Shown: one piece after another, positions 9,956 to 18,482 of the stretch
Layout of the letters: each line of letters starts with the position of its first letter
How positions within the stretch are numbered: position 1 is the stretch's first letter
NCBI GenBank assembly: GCA_017308475.1
Contig: JAFKEU010000004.1
Span: 643,226 to 707,225, forward strand
Direction of reading: 5' to 3'
Origin: Alphaproteobacteria bacterium
GTDB lineage: Bacteria > Pseudomonadota > Alphaproteobacteria > Micropepsales > Micropepsaceae
Length of the DNA: 64,000 bases
Notes under the pieces: generated by a model
Told to the model about the DNA's origin: nothing
Seen by the model: the letters and a program-made list of their open reading frames with translations, nothing else
The model's database searches: none
Program-made: the position numbers and the translations under genes

Positions 9956-11143
9956 TTGCGATTTCCGGCGATAAGGCAGGTCCGCGCCTTCGTGGTACGG
10001 GGCGGCGGCGCGGACTATCACGACCAGGGCGAAGGCCATTGGATCGACGACCACATCGCCACGCCGATGGCGCGCTATGCCGAGTACCGACAGTCGCGCC
10101 AGAGCTTTGGCATCAATGTGCTGGGCACGCTGGTGGTCGAGATCGAGGCCGCCGACGGCACCATTGGCTTTGCCGTGACCACGGGCGGCGAGCCGGCCTG
10201 CTATATTGTGGAAAGGCACCTTTCGCGCTTCCTGGAAGGGCGTGATCCGATGGAAGTGGAGAAAATCTGGGACCAGATGTATTTCTCCACCCTGTTTTAT
10301 GGGCGCAAGGGACTTGTGGTCAACGCCATCTCGGGTGTGGACCTGGCGCTCTGGGATCTTCTGGGCAAACTGCGCGGCGAGCCGGTGCATCAGCTTCTGG
10401 GCGGCGCCGTGCGCGAAGAACTGCAATTCTATGCCACCGGGGCGCGGCCCGACCTGGCCAAGGACATGGGCTTCATTGGCGGCAAGATGCCGCTGCATTA
10501 CGGCCCCGGTGAAGGCGAAGAAGGCCTGAAAAAGGCGCTGACCGAGATCGCCGATATGCGCGGCCGCGTCGGTCCCGATTTCTGGCTGATGTTGGATTGC
10601 TGGATGTCGCTGGACCTGAACCATGCCACAAGGCTGGCGCGCAATGCCTGGGAAGAGTCGGGGCTGAAATGGATCGAGGAAGCCCTGTCGCCCGACGACT
10701 ATTGGGGTTATCGCGAATTGAAACGCAACGTGCCACCCGGCATGCTGGTGACCACCGGCGAGCATGAAGCCACGCGCTGGGGCTTTCGCATGCTGCTGGA
10801 GATGGATTGCTGCGACATCATCCAGCCCGATGTAGGCTGGTGCGGCGGCGTAACCGAGTTGATCAAGATCGCCAATCTGGCCGACGCGCACGGCAAACTG
10901 ATGGTACCGCACGGCTCATCAGTCTATTCCTATCACTTCGTCATCACCCGCCATAACAGTCCCTTTGCCGAATATCTGATGATGGCACCAAAGGCCGACA
11001 AGGTGGTGCCCATGTTCGCGCCGCAATTGCTGGGCGAACCGGTGCCGCAGAATGGCCGCATCAAACTGTCGGCGCTGGACAAGCCGGGGTTCGGAGTAGA
11101 GATCAATCGCGCGATCGAACTGCATCGGCCCTATCCCCGATGA
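9956..11143 (+). CDS. rhmD: L-rhamnonate dehydratase-type enolase-superfamily acid-sugar dehydratase
   Basis: Matches my recollection of E. coli RhmD/YfaW almost motif for motif ([91 protein letters not shown]). The start is uncertain; TTG at 9956 is preceded by GGGGAGG, and the ORF opens at 9854. Confidence 0.85.
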   Translation: MRFPAIRQVRAFVVRGGGADYHDQGEGHWIDDHIATPMARYAEYRQSRQSFGINVLGTLVVEIEAADGTIGFAVTTGGEPACYIVERHLSRFLEGRDPMEVEKIWDQMYFSTLFYGRKGLVVNAISGVDLALWDLLGKLRGEPVHQLLGGAVREELQFYATGARPDLAKDMGFIGGKMPLHYGPGEGEEGLKKALTEIADMRGRVGPDFWLMLDCWMSLDLNHATRLARNAWEESGLKWIEEALSPDDYWGYRELKRNVPPGMLVTTGEHEATRWGFRMLLEMDCCDIIQPDVGWCGGVTELIKIANLADAHGKLMVPHGSSVYSYHFVITRHNSPFAEYLMMAPKADKVVPMFAPQLLGEPVPQNGRIKLSALDKPGFGVEINRAIELHRPYPR

Positions 11144-11171
11144 TGCTTTTTCTCACGCGGAGCAAACGCCC

Positions 11172-12224
11172 ATGAAAATGTCTTTCCGCTGGTATGGCGA
11201 CAGCGACTCTGTATCGCTGGCCTATATTCGCCAGATTCCCGGCATGCATGGCATCGTGTCGGCCATCTATGACGTGCCGGTGGGCGATATCTGGCCGCTG
11301 GACAAGATCAGGGCGCTGAAGGACAAGGTGGAGGCACATGGCCTGGCGCTGGAGGTGATCGAATCCGTGCCGGTCCACGAAGACATCAAGCTCGGCAAGC
11401 CCAGCCGCTATGGCCTGATCGCCAACTACCAGCAGACCATCCGCAACCTGGGCTCCTGCGGCATCAAGGTGGTCTGCTACAATTTCATGCCGGTGCTGGA
11501 CTGGGTCCGCACCAGCCTGACCAAGACGCTGCCGGACGGATCGACCACCCTGGCTTTTGACGTTGAGGAAGTCGCCGGTTTCGATATCAGCCAGGGGCTG
11601 AACCTGCCGGGCTGGGATACCAGCTATACCGCCGAAAGCTTGAAGAGCGTGCTGGCGGACTATGCGAACATCGATGCCGAAGGGCTGTGGGACAATCTGG
11701 GCTATTTCCTGAAGGGGATCGTACCGGTCGCCGAGGAAAGCGGCGTCTTCATGGCGATCCATCCCGACGATCCGCCGCGCCCCATCTTCGGCCTGCCGCG
11801 CATTGTCAAGGATCGCGACGACCTGGCGCGCATCCTCTCCATCGTGGACAGCCCGGCAAACGGGCTGACCCTTTGCTCCGGCTCGCTGGGCGCGGGGCCC
11901 CAAAACAATGTCGAAGCGCTGGTGCGCGAGTTCGGCGGCCGGGGGCGCATCCATTTTGCCCATCTGCGCAATGTCAAACTGGACGCCAACGGCAATTTCG
12001 AGGAGACGGCGCACAAATCCGACTGCGGCTCGCTGGACATTGCCGCCATCGTCAAGGCTTACCACGATGTCGGTTTCGAAGGCTACGCGCGGCCCGATCA
12101 TGGCCGCATGATCTGGGGCGAGACCGGCAAGCCCGGCTATGGCCTTTATGACCGTGCGCTGGGTGCGGTCTATCTGAACGGCCTGTGGGAGGCGATCGAC
12201 AAATTCGCGGCTGCGCGGGACTGA
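11172..12224 (+). CDS. uxuA: Mannonate dehydratase family (UxuA-type)
   Basis: N-terminus [33 protein letters not shown] and a length of about 350 aa are characteristic of the UxuA family. It starts 28 nt after rhmD. Confidence 0.85.
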   Translation: MKMSFRWYGDSDSVSLAYIRQIPGMHGIVSAIYDVPVGDIWPLDKIRALKDKVEAHGLALEVIESVPVHEDIKLGKPSRYGLIANYQQTIRNLGSCGIKVVCYNFMPVLDWVRTSLTKTLPDGSTTLAFDVEEVAGFDISQGLNLPGWDTSYTAESLKSVLADYANIDAEGLWDNLGYFLKGIVPVAEESGVFMAIHPDDPPRPIFGLPRIVKDRDDLARILSIVDSPANGLTLCSGSLGAGPQNNVEALVREFGGRGRIHFAHLRNVKLDANGNFEETAHKSDCGSLDIAAIVKAYHDVGFEGYARPDHGRMIWGETGKPGYGLYDRALGAVYLNGLWEAIDKFAAARD

Positions 12225-12277
12225 CGCGCGCGCGACCAAACGGGCCTATATACCTATATATAAGAGGGGGCGGGGAA

Positions 12278-13543
12278 ATGCCGAGAATTCGCTGGCTGAT
12301 GATCTGGCTGTGCTTCCTGGCCAACGCCATCGGCTATATCGACCGCGCCAATCTCGCGGTGGCAACGCCGTTCATCCGTGCCGAACTTGGCATCGACGCC
12401 GCCGCCATGGGCCTGGTGCTCAGCGCTTTCTTCTGGACCTATGCGGTCATGCAGCTACCCGCCGGCTGGATCATCGACAAGCTGGGCGTGCGCATCAGCC
12501 TGGCTGCAGCGGTGGCCTGGTGGTCACTGTTTACCATGGCGACGGGTCTGGCGCGCGGTGTCACCCAGTTCATCGGCATGCGCCTAATGCTGGGCGTTGG
12601 CGAGGCGGCCTCCCAGCCGTCCTTCGCCAAGGTGGCGTTCAACTGGTTTCCCCGGCGCGAACGCGCCACCGCCTGTTCCATCTTCAACAGCGGATCGACG
12701 GCGGGATCGGCCCTGTCCTTGCCGCTGGTCACCTGGCTGATCATGATGCTGGGTTGGCGTGGCTCCTTCATCGTCACCGGCCTTCTGGGCGTAGCTTGGG
12801 CGCTGGCCTGGTGGTTCATATATCGCGACCCGGAACGCTACCGCGCGATCGCACCGGAGCAGGTGGACCGCCTTTTGGCCGAGCGCGGCGCGCCGGTCGC
12901 ATCGGCCGTGCCAATCCGGTGGCTGGACCTGTTCCGCTACCGGTCGGTTTGGGGCCTGATGATCGGGCTGTTCTGCCTGAATTTCGCGATCTATTTCTTC
13001 ATCACATGGTTTCCTTCCTATCTGATTCAGGCGCGCGGCTTCTCGCTGGCCTCGCTGGGCACGCTGGGCATGCTGCCCGCAATCATGGCGATCTTCGGCA
13101 ACTGGATCGGCGGCTGGACCTCGGATCGGCTTATCCGGGCAGGTTGGAGCCCGACGCGGGCGCGCAAGACCTGCCTGGTGGGCGGCATGTTGATGTCGTC
13201 CTGCATCGGGCTGTCGGCCTTCGTGGAAAGCACCTGGGCGTGCCTGGCGCTGTTCACCCTCGCCTATGCCAGTCTCTCTTTCACCGGCGCCAATTGCTGG
13301 ACGGTGGTGAGCGAGATCGCGCCGACGCCCGCCCATGTCGCTTCCATCGGCGGCATCCAGAATTTCGCAGGCAACCTGGCGGGCATCCTGATCACCACCT
13401 TCACGGGCGTTATGTTGACCATCACCAGCGGTTCCTTCCTGGTCCCGCTGGCGGTGGCGGGGGCGCTCTGCGTGCTGGGTGCGATGTCCTATCTGTTCCT
13501 GCTGGGCATGGTCGAACCGCTGCCGCCGCTTGCGACCCGCTAG
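12278..13543 (+). CDS. MFS transporter, anion:cation symporter (ACS) type (aldonate/hexuronate-like)
   Basis: Twelve hydrophobic segments. ACS-type N-terminus WLMIWLCFLANAIGYIDRANLAVA. ATG at 12278 is preceded by GAGGGGGCGGGG. Confidence 0.85.
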   Translation: MPRIRWLMIWLCFLANAIGYIDRANLAVATPFIRAELGIDAAAMGLVLSAFFWTYAVMQLPAGWIIDKLGVRISLAAAVAWWSLFTMATGLARGVTQFIGMRLMLGVGEAASQPSFAKVAFNWFPRRERATACSIFNSGSTAGSALSLPLVTWLIMMLGWRGSFIVTGLLGVAWALAWWFIYRDPERYRAIAPEQVDRLLAERGAPVASAVPIRWLDLFRYRSVWGLMIGLFCLNFAIYFFITWFPSYLIQARGFSLASLGTLGMLPAIMAIFGNWIGGWTSDRLIRAGWSPTRARKTCLVGGMLMSSCIGLSAFVESTWACLALFTLAYASLSFTGANCWTVVSEIAPTPAHVASIGGIQNFAGNLAGILITTFTGVMLTITSGSFLVPLAVAGALCVLGAMSYLFLLGMVEPLPPLATR

Positions 13544-14304
13544 GAGAATTCCCGCAACCAGCCAAGGCCGGCCAGCGTGCCGGCAGCGGGCCGGTATTCG
13601 CAGCCGATGAAACCATCATAGCCTAACCGCTCGATGGTCTTCAGCACCATCCGGTCATCCAGTTCGCCCGTCATGGGCTCGGCGCGGTCCGGCACCGAAG
13701 CAATCTGGATATGCCCGGTGATGGGCATCAGAGCTCCCAGCCCCCTGATGACGTCGCCGCGCAGAACCTGGCGATGATAGATGTCGAACTGCAGTTTCAG
13801 GTTTGGGCGGTTCACATCGGCAATAACCTGCTGTGCCAGCTCGAAATCGTTCAGCAGATAGCCGGGCACGTCACGCCGGTTCAGCGGCTCGATGGTTACG
13901 ATGATGCCGTGCGCCGCGGCGACCTCACAGGCCAGAACCAGCGAGTCCTTGTAATTGGCGAGCGCGGCGGGCCCCTCGGCGATGCCCGCCATCACATGCA
14001 GACAATTTGTTCCGGTCGCCTCGGCATAGCGCAGCGCCGCGTCCAGCGCGGCGCGGAAATCCCCCCGCCGCTCCGGCAGGGCCGCAAGGCCGCGTTCGCC
14101 CTTCGCCAGATCGCCTGGCGGCAGGTTGATCAGCGCCATTGCCAGCCTGTAACGCGCCAGATGCCGCGCGATCGCATCCGCATCGTGGTCATATGGAAAC
14201 AGGCATTCCACAGCGGAAAAACCGGCATCCGCCGCGGCGGCGAAGCGGTCGAAGAAATCCCATTCCTGGAACAGCCAGGAGATGTTGGCGGCGAACTTCA
14301 GCAT
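13540..14304 (-). CDS. Hydroxypyruvate isomerase / 2-oxo-tetronate isomerase (Hyi/OtnI) family TIM barrel
   Basis: N-terminus MLKFAANISWLFQEWDFFDRFAAAADAGFSAVECLFPY is typical of the Hyi family. ATGA overlap with the upstream DUF126 gene at 14304. Its stop shares the CTAG tetranucleotide with the convergent MFS gene. Confidence 0.8.
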   Translation of the reverse strand: MLKFAANISWLFQEWDFFDRFAAAADAGFSAVECLFPYDHDADAIARHLARYRLAMALINLPPGDLAKGERGLAALPERRGDFRAALDAALRYAEATGTNCLHVMAGIAEGPAALANYKDSLVLACEVAAAHGIIVTIEPLNRRDVPGYLLNDFELAQQVIADVNRPNLKLQFDIYHRQVLRGDVIRGLGALMPITGHIQIASVPDRAEPMTGELDDRMVLKTIERLGYDGFIGCEYRPAAGTLAGLGWLREFS

Positions 14305-14711
14305 CAGCGACTCAGTATGGTGACGCGGCCCTCAACCGGCTCGACCAGAAGTTCGTCTCCGGTCCGGATCAGCGCCGTCACGTCGCCGTCGAACCGGTCC
14401 AGCAGCGGTACGCCGGCAAAGGCCGCGCCCTGGGCCAGGATCGGATTGACGCGGTTGAACAGGAACGCCGCCGGGATCAGCCCGCGCGCCGCCATGTCGC
14501 GCAGCATCCAGGCAGAGGCCACGCCGCCCTTTACGGTGTTCAGCACCAGGATGCGCCCGGCATAGCTTTGGCCGTAAAGTGCATGGCCGGGGCGGGAAAA
14601 GATGCCCTTGATTCGGTCCAGGTCGTAGCGCGCACTGAAATTGTCCTGCGCCACCAGCGCGATGCCCCGGACCGCCGCACCGATGCCGCAATGGGCGAAT
14701 AGGACAGCCAT
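14304..14711 (-). CDS. Aconitase X swivel-domain subunit (DUF126)
   Basis: 135-aa protein (ALVAQDNFSARYDLDRIKGIFS, ILVLNTVKGGVASAWML) resembling the DUF126/AcnX small subunit. ATGA overlaps on both sides (14711 and 14304). The rest of the 349-aa ORF is antisense noise. Confidence 0.75.
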   Translation of the reverse strand: MAVLFAHCGIGAAVRGIALVAQDNFSARYDLDRIKGIFSRPGHALYGQSYAGRILVLNTVKGGVASAWMLRDMAARGLIPAAFLFNRVNPILAQGAAFAGVPLLDRFDGDVTALIRTGDELLVEPVEGRVTILSR

Positions 14712-15952
14712 CACATCCTTCCCGCCACGGCAGCGTCGATGCATTGTTCGGTGGTGCCCAGGCTGGGCAGATAGCCATAGCCGCCAATTATATTGACCAG
14801 CTTGGCGGAGTTGGACATCAGCCGCTTCCAGCCATTGGCCTCGGCTATCTCGCGCGCATAGCTTTGATAGAAGCAGACGCCCGACAGAAGCAGCGCGCCC
14901 GAGGCTTCGATGCGCGCCGTCAACCCCATTCGGTCGGCGGCAGCCTTGTTTTCGGGCGAGGTTGCAATCAAAAGCGCCGTGTCCCGGTGCACGCGGCGGC
15001 CGCCGACCAGCGCGGCGATTTCTTCCAGCTCGAACAGCGAAAGCTGCGGCGCTGCGAAGACCACCACATCCACTTTCTCGCCCGGCGCGGCATAGCGCGC
15101 CCTGAAGGCATCGAGATCGGCGCGGGTCACGATCGCCGGGACGGGCGGCGGACCGTCGAACACCTCGTGCGCCTTGCGGCATTCCGGCGTCACCCCTTCC
15201 ATGTGGAACAGCGCCACCGAGCCAAAGCTGGCCAATGCCGCGCCGAAATGCTTCAACTCGTCCGAGGTCGGCGCGCCGTCGATGCCTTCCAGTACCGGCA
15301 CCTCCCAATAGCTGCCGGCGATGCTGCCCACGATGCCGCCCAGGGCGCCCCATTCGCTCCAGTCGCGGGGCCGGTCCCGGACCACGATGCGCTTCGTGCC
15401 CCGCCGGCCGCTATCCAGGTGATAGCCATAGCGTGGGGTGCGCCCAGTCAGCGCGGCGGCGACGGCCGACGGGCCACCCTCGAAATTGCTGCGTGCGCCC
15501 ATCACGCTGTTGGAATAGATCACAACGCCCGTGTCACCCATTGCCAGATGCTCGCCCAGCACCGGGGGAAACACGGTTTGGTAATTGATGCAGGTGTTGG
15601 TCATCAACACGCCAAGCGCTTCCAGTGCATCGCTGGTGCGTTTCTCCAGCGCCGCCATCGCGTCGGTCTGCTTCAGCCTGGCATAGGAGGAAAAATCCAG
15701 TCCGCGCGGATCGGTTATGGTGGGAATGCGCACCCGCCGCTGGTCCCTTGGCGCCGCGGCCAGTCCCTCCAGAAACGCAATACCGGCCTCGCCCAGTGAT
15801 TCGGTGTCGCCCATGATGTGCGCCTGAGATACTGGCACCAGGTCTTCGGCGTCGAAGAAATGGCCCACGGCAAGCTGGTGCGCGATCGCCCAGCGGCGCG
15901 GGCTCCCCGCCTCGCCCGCCAGCATGGCTTTTTCCTCGTCATTCAGGCGCAT
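14711..15952 (-). CDS. Aconitase X catalytic subunit (DUF521)
   Basis: N-terminus MRLNDEEKAMLAGEAG..WAIAHQLAVGHFFDAEDLVPVSQAHIMGD and a length of about 413 aa fit the DUF521 family. Start at the ATG at 15952. Confidence 0.8.
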   Translation of the reverse strand: MRLNDEEKAMLAGEAGSPRRWAIAHQLAVGHFFDAEDLVPVSQAHIMGDTESLGEAGIAFLEGLAAAPRDQRRVRIPTITDPRGLDFSSYARLKQTDAMAALEKRTSDALEALGVLMTNTCINYQTVFPPVLGEHLAMGDTGVVIYSNSVMGARSNFEGGPSAVAAALTGRTPRYGYHLDSGRRGTKRIVVRDRPRDWSEWGALGGIVGSIAGSYWEVPVLEGIDGAPTSDELKHFGAALASFGSVALFHMEGVTPECRKAHEVFDGPPPVPAIVTRADLDAFRARYAAPGEKVDVVVFAAPQLSLFELEEIAALVGGRRVHRDTALLIATSPENKAAADRMGLTARIEASGALLLSGVCFYQSYAREIAEANGWKRLMSNSAKLVNIIGGYGYLPSLGTTEQCIDAAVAGRM

Positions 15953-17168
15953 GTTCCGGTTCCACAAATTTCCGCTCTGGATGCATATAAAAGGCCGCAA
16001 CCACGCCCGCCAGCATCAGGATCGCGGACATGGCAAAGGGCAGGTGCCAGCTTCCTGTGGCATCGATGATCCAGCCGAAGAACCAGGGCGAGATGATGCC
16101 CGCCACCGCCGAGCCGAAATTCATGAAGCCGCTGGCGGTGCCGGCGTAGGCCGGGGCGATGTCCATCGGCACCGCCCAGAGCGGGGCGATCACCAGTTCC
16201 ATTGAGAAGAAGGCAAGAGTCAGAGACAGCGACACCAGCGTCAGGTCATGCAGCGCCACCACGGGGATGAAAAACAGCGTGGAGCCGGCCAGCCCCGCCG
16301 CGATCAGGTTGCGCCGCGCCTTCACCACACTGCCGGTGCGCGCCAGGATGCGGTCGCTCATCAGTCCGCCCAGCGTGTCCCCCACGATCCCAGCCAGGAA
16401 GATGCCCGAGGTAAATAGCGCCGAGGATTGCAGCGACAGGCCATAGCTGTGGCGGAAGAACAGAGGCAGCCAGTTCAGGCACACCCAGAGCGACCAGCCA
16501 TAGCAGAAGTCGGTGACGATCACCGGCAGCATCCGGCGGAACAGGGCACGCACCGGGGCGCGCAACGTCTGCCTGGGAGGTTCCGCCGCCCGGTCGGGCG
16601 GATGATCGCGGAAGAAAACGAACCAGATAGCCACCCAGACCAGCGACATCACGCCTACGATGATGAAGGAGCCGCGCCAGGACACCTCCAGGATCAGCGC
16701 CGCCACAAAGACCGGCGTTACGGAATTGGCGATGCGGGAGAAAGTATGAGCGATGCCCTGCGCCAAGCTCCAGCGCGCCGGATCGATCCAGTTGGTGATC
16801 ACCCGGGTGGCCACCGCAAGGCTGGGCCCCTCGCCCACGCCCAGAAGCGCGCGCACCGCCACCAGCGATCCCAGTCCGCCGACAAAGCCGGTCAGCACCG
16901 TGGCGGCGGAAAAGATCAGGCCGGAGATGGTGAAGACCAGGCGCGGTCCCAGCCCGTCGGCCAGCCAGCCGCCGATCAACTGGATGAAGGCATACGGGTA
17001 GCTGTAAGCGGAAAAGGCATAGCCCAGCTGGGTATTGGTGAGATGGAATTCGCGCTGGATGTCGGCGGCCGCGGTGGCCAGGTTCACGCGGTCCATATAG
17101 GTGATGAAATAGATGGCGCAGACCATCACCAGCACCCAAGTGCCGCCGCGCCCGCGCGATACTGTCAC
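15939..17168 (-). CDS. MFS transporter (ACS-type), second copy
   Basis: Multi-TM protein with FITYMDRVNLATAAADIQ near the N-terminus. GTG start at 17168 forms a GTGA overlap with the stop of the upstream enolase-family gene. Its 3' end overlaps the DUF521 start by 14 nt. Confidence 0.8.
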   Translation of the reverse strand: MTVSRGRGGTWVLVMVCAIYFITYMDRVNLATAAADIQREFHLTNTQLGYAFSAYSYPYAFIQLIGGWLADGLGPRLVFTISGLIFSAATVLTGFVGGLGSLVAVRALLGVGEGPSLAVATRVITNWIDPARWSLAQGIAHTFSRIANSVTPVFVAALILEVSWRGSFIIVGVMSLVWVAIWFVFFRDHPPDRAAEPPRQTLRAPVRALFRRMLPVIVTDFCYGWSLWVCLNWLPLFFRHSYGLSLQSSALFTSGIFLAGIVGDTLGGLMSDRILARTGSVVKARRNLIAAGLAGSTLFFIPVVALHDLTLVSLSLTLAFFSMELVIAPLWAVPMDIAPAYAGTASGFMNFGSAVAGIISPWFFGWIIDATGSWHLPFAMSAILMLAGVVAAFYMHPERKFVEPEHAPE

Positions 17169-18391
17169 GAGGTCACCGCATAACGTGCCGCGATTTCCTC
17201 GTTGAGTGCCAGCCCCAACCCCGGGCGCCCATTCAACACCAGTGCGCCTTTTTCCACCTGTTCCGGCGGATCGGTCAGTTCGGCGCGCCACGGCACTTCG
17301 CCATAGGAAAATTCCAGGATGTTGAAATTGGGAGCGGTAGCGACGACATGGGCGGCGGCGGCGTTGCCGATCGGGCTGGCCGGCCCGTGCGGCGAAACCA
17401 GCAGCCCGGCACCTTCCGCCAGCGCAGCGATCTTCTTCAGCTCCAGCATGCCACCACATACCTTTACGTCAGGCATCACAATGTCGGCGGCGCCGGCCCG
17501 GATATAGGGATAAAAGCCCTCGACCCCGTGAATGCCTTCGCCGCCGGCTGTCGGCATGGGCGCAGCCTTGCGGATGACCGCCAGGTGCTCGGCATTCTGC
17601 GCGGGCGTCACCTCCTCAAGCCAATAGAGATTGAGGGAACGCATCCGCGCCATCAGGTCGATGCCCTCCGAAGGCGTGAAATGACTGTGGGCGTCGACCA
17701 GCAGATCGCGCTGATCGCCGATGGTTTGACGCACGGCTCCGGCACAGGCAATGCCCGCCTCCATCGCCCGCTCGAATTTGACCCGATCAGCGCCGCCGTT
17801 CGGCAATAAGTGGATGCCGCGCGGCATGTCGTCGAAGGGCGCCAGCTTGAATGCGTCGAAGCCGTCCGCCAACGCCTTTCCGGCCATCGCGGCAAAACCG
17901 TCGGGCGTACGCGGATCGGTGGAGCGGTTGATATTGGCGTAAAGGCGGATGTGCTGCTGGATGCGCCCGCCCATCAGGTCATGGCAGGGCAGAGACAGCG
18001 CCTTGCCCTGAATGTCCCACAGGCACTGCTCAAGCGCACTGGCAGCCACCGCGGCGGGCGTGCGGCCATACGATCCCGTTATCGCCAGCGTGGGCGCCAC
18101 GGCTCGGCGGAACCATTCCACCTCCAGCGCGGCACGGCCCTTCAGCAGATCGGCAAACTGTTTGAGATAGGTCAGGCACTGGGCGTCGTTCAAGCTTTGC
18201 GAAGCATCGCCCAAACCGGTCAGACCACTGGTGGTGGACAGACGAGGAATAATCCAGTTGCCGCGCCTGTTGACATGAATCCGAAAGACTTCAAGCCTGC
18301 CGATGGAAAGGCGCGCATTTTCTGCCCGCGCCGCGCGCGACGACAGCAGCGGCAATGCGCCCAATCCCTGCAGCACCGAACGGCGCTTCAT
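17165..18391 (-). CDS. Mandelate racemase/muconate lactonizing enzyme (enolase superfamily) protein with twin-arginine leader
   Basis: Leader MKRRSVLQGLGALPLLSSRAARA-EN. MR/MLE barrel segments with plausible metal ligands (LLVDAHSH, LYWLEEV, TAGGEGI) and PDVKVCGG. Confidence 0.85.
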   Translation of the reverse strand: MKRRSVLQGLGALPLLSSRAARAENARLSIGRLEVFRIHVNRRGNWIIPRLSTTSGLTGLGDASQSLNDAQCLTYLKQFADLLKGRAALEVEWFRRAVAPTLAITGSYGRTPAAVAASALEQCLWDIQGKALSLPCHDLMGGRIQQHIRLYANINRSTDPRTPDGFAAMAGKALADGFDAFKLAPFDDMPRGIHLLPNGGADRVKFERAMEAGIACAGAVRQTIGDQRDLLVDAHSHFTPSEGIDLMARMRSLNLYWLEEVTPAQNAEHLAVIRKAAPMPTAGGEGIHGVEGFYPYIRAGAADIVMPDVKVCGGMLELKKIAALAEGAGLLVSPHGPASPIGNAAAAHVVATAPNFNILEFSYGEVPWRAELTDPPEQVEKGALVLNGRPGLGLALNEEIAARYAVTS

Positions 18392-18482
18392 GCGAATTCC
18401 CCCGTCACGCGCCTGCCGGCGTCCTGTTATGGTGCCAGCATAGCGGCAGGAGCAGCGCCGGCGCAGCAATTTTTTGGGGCGT

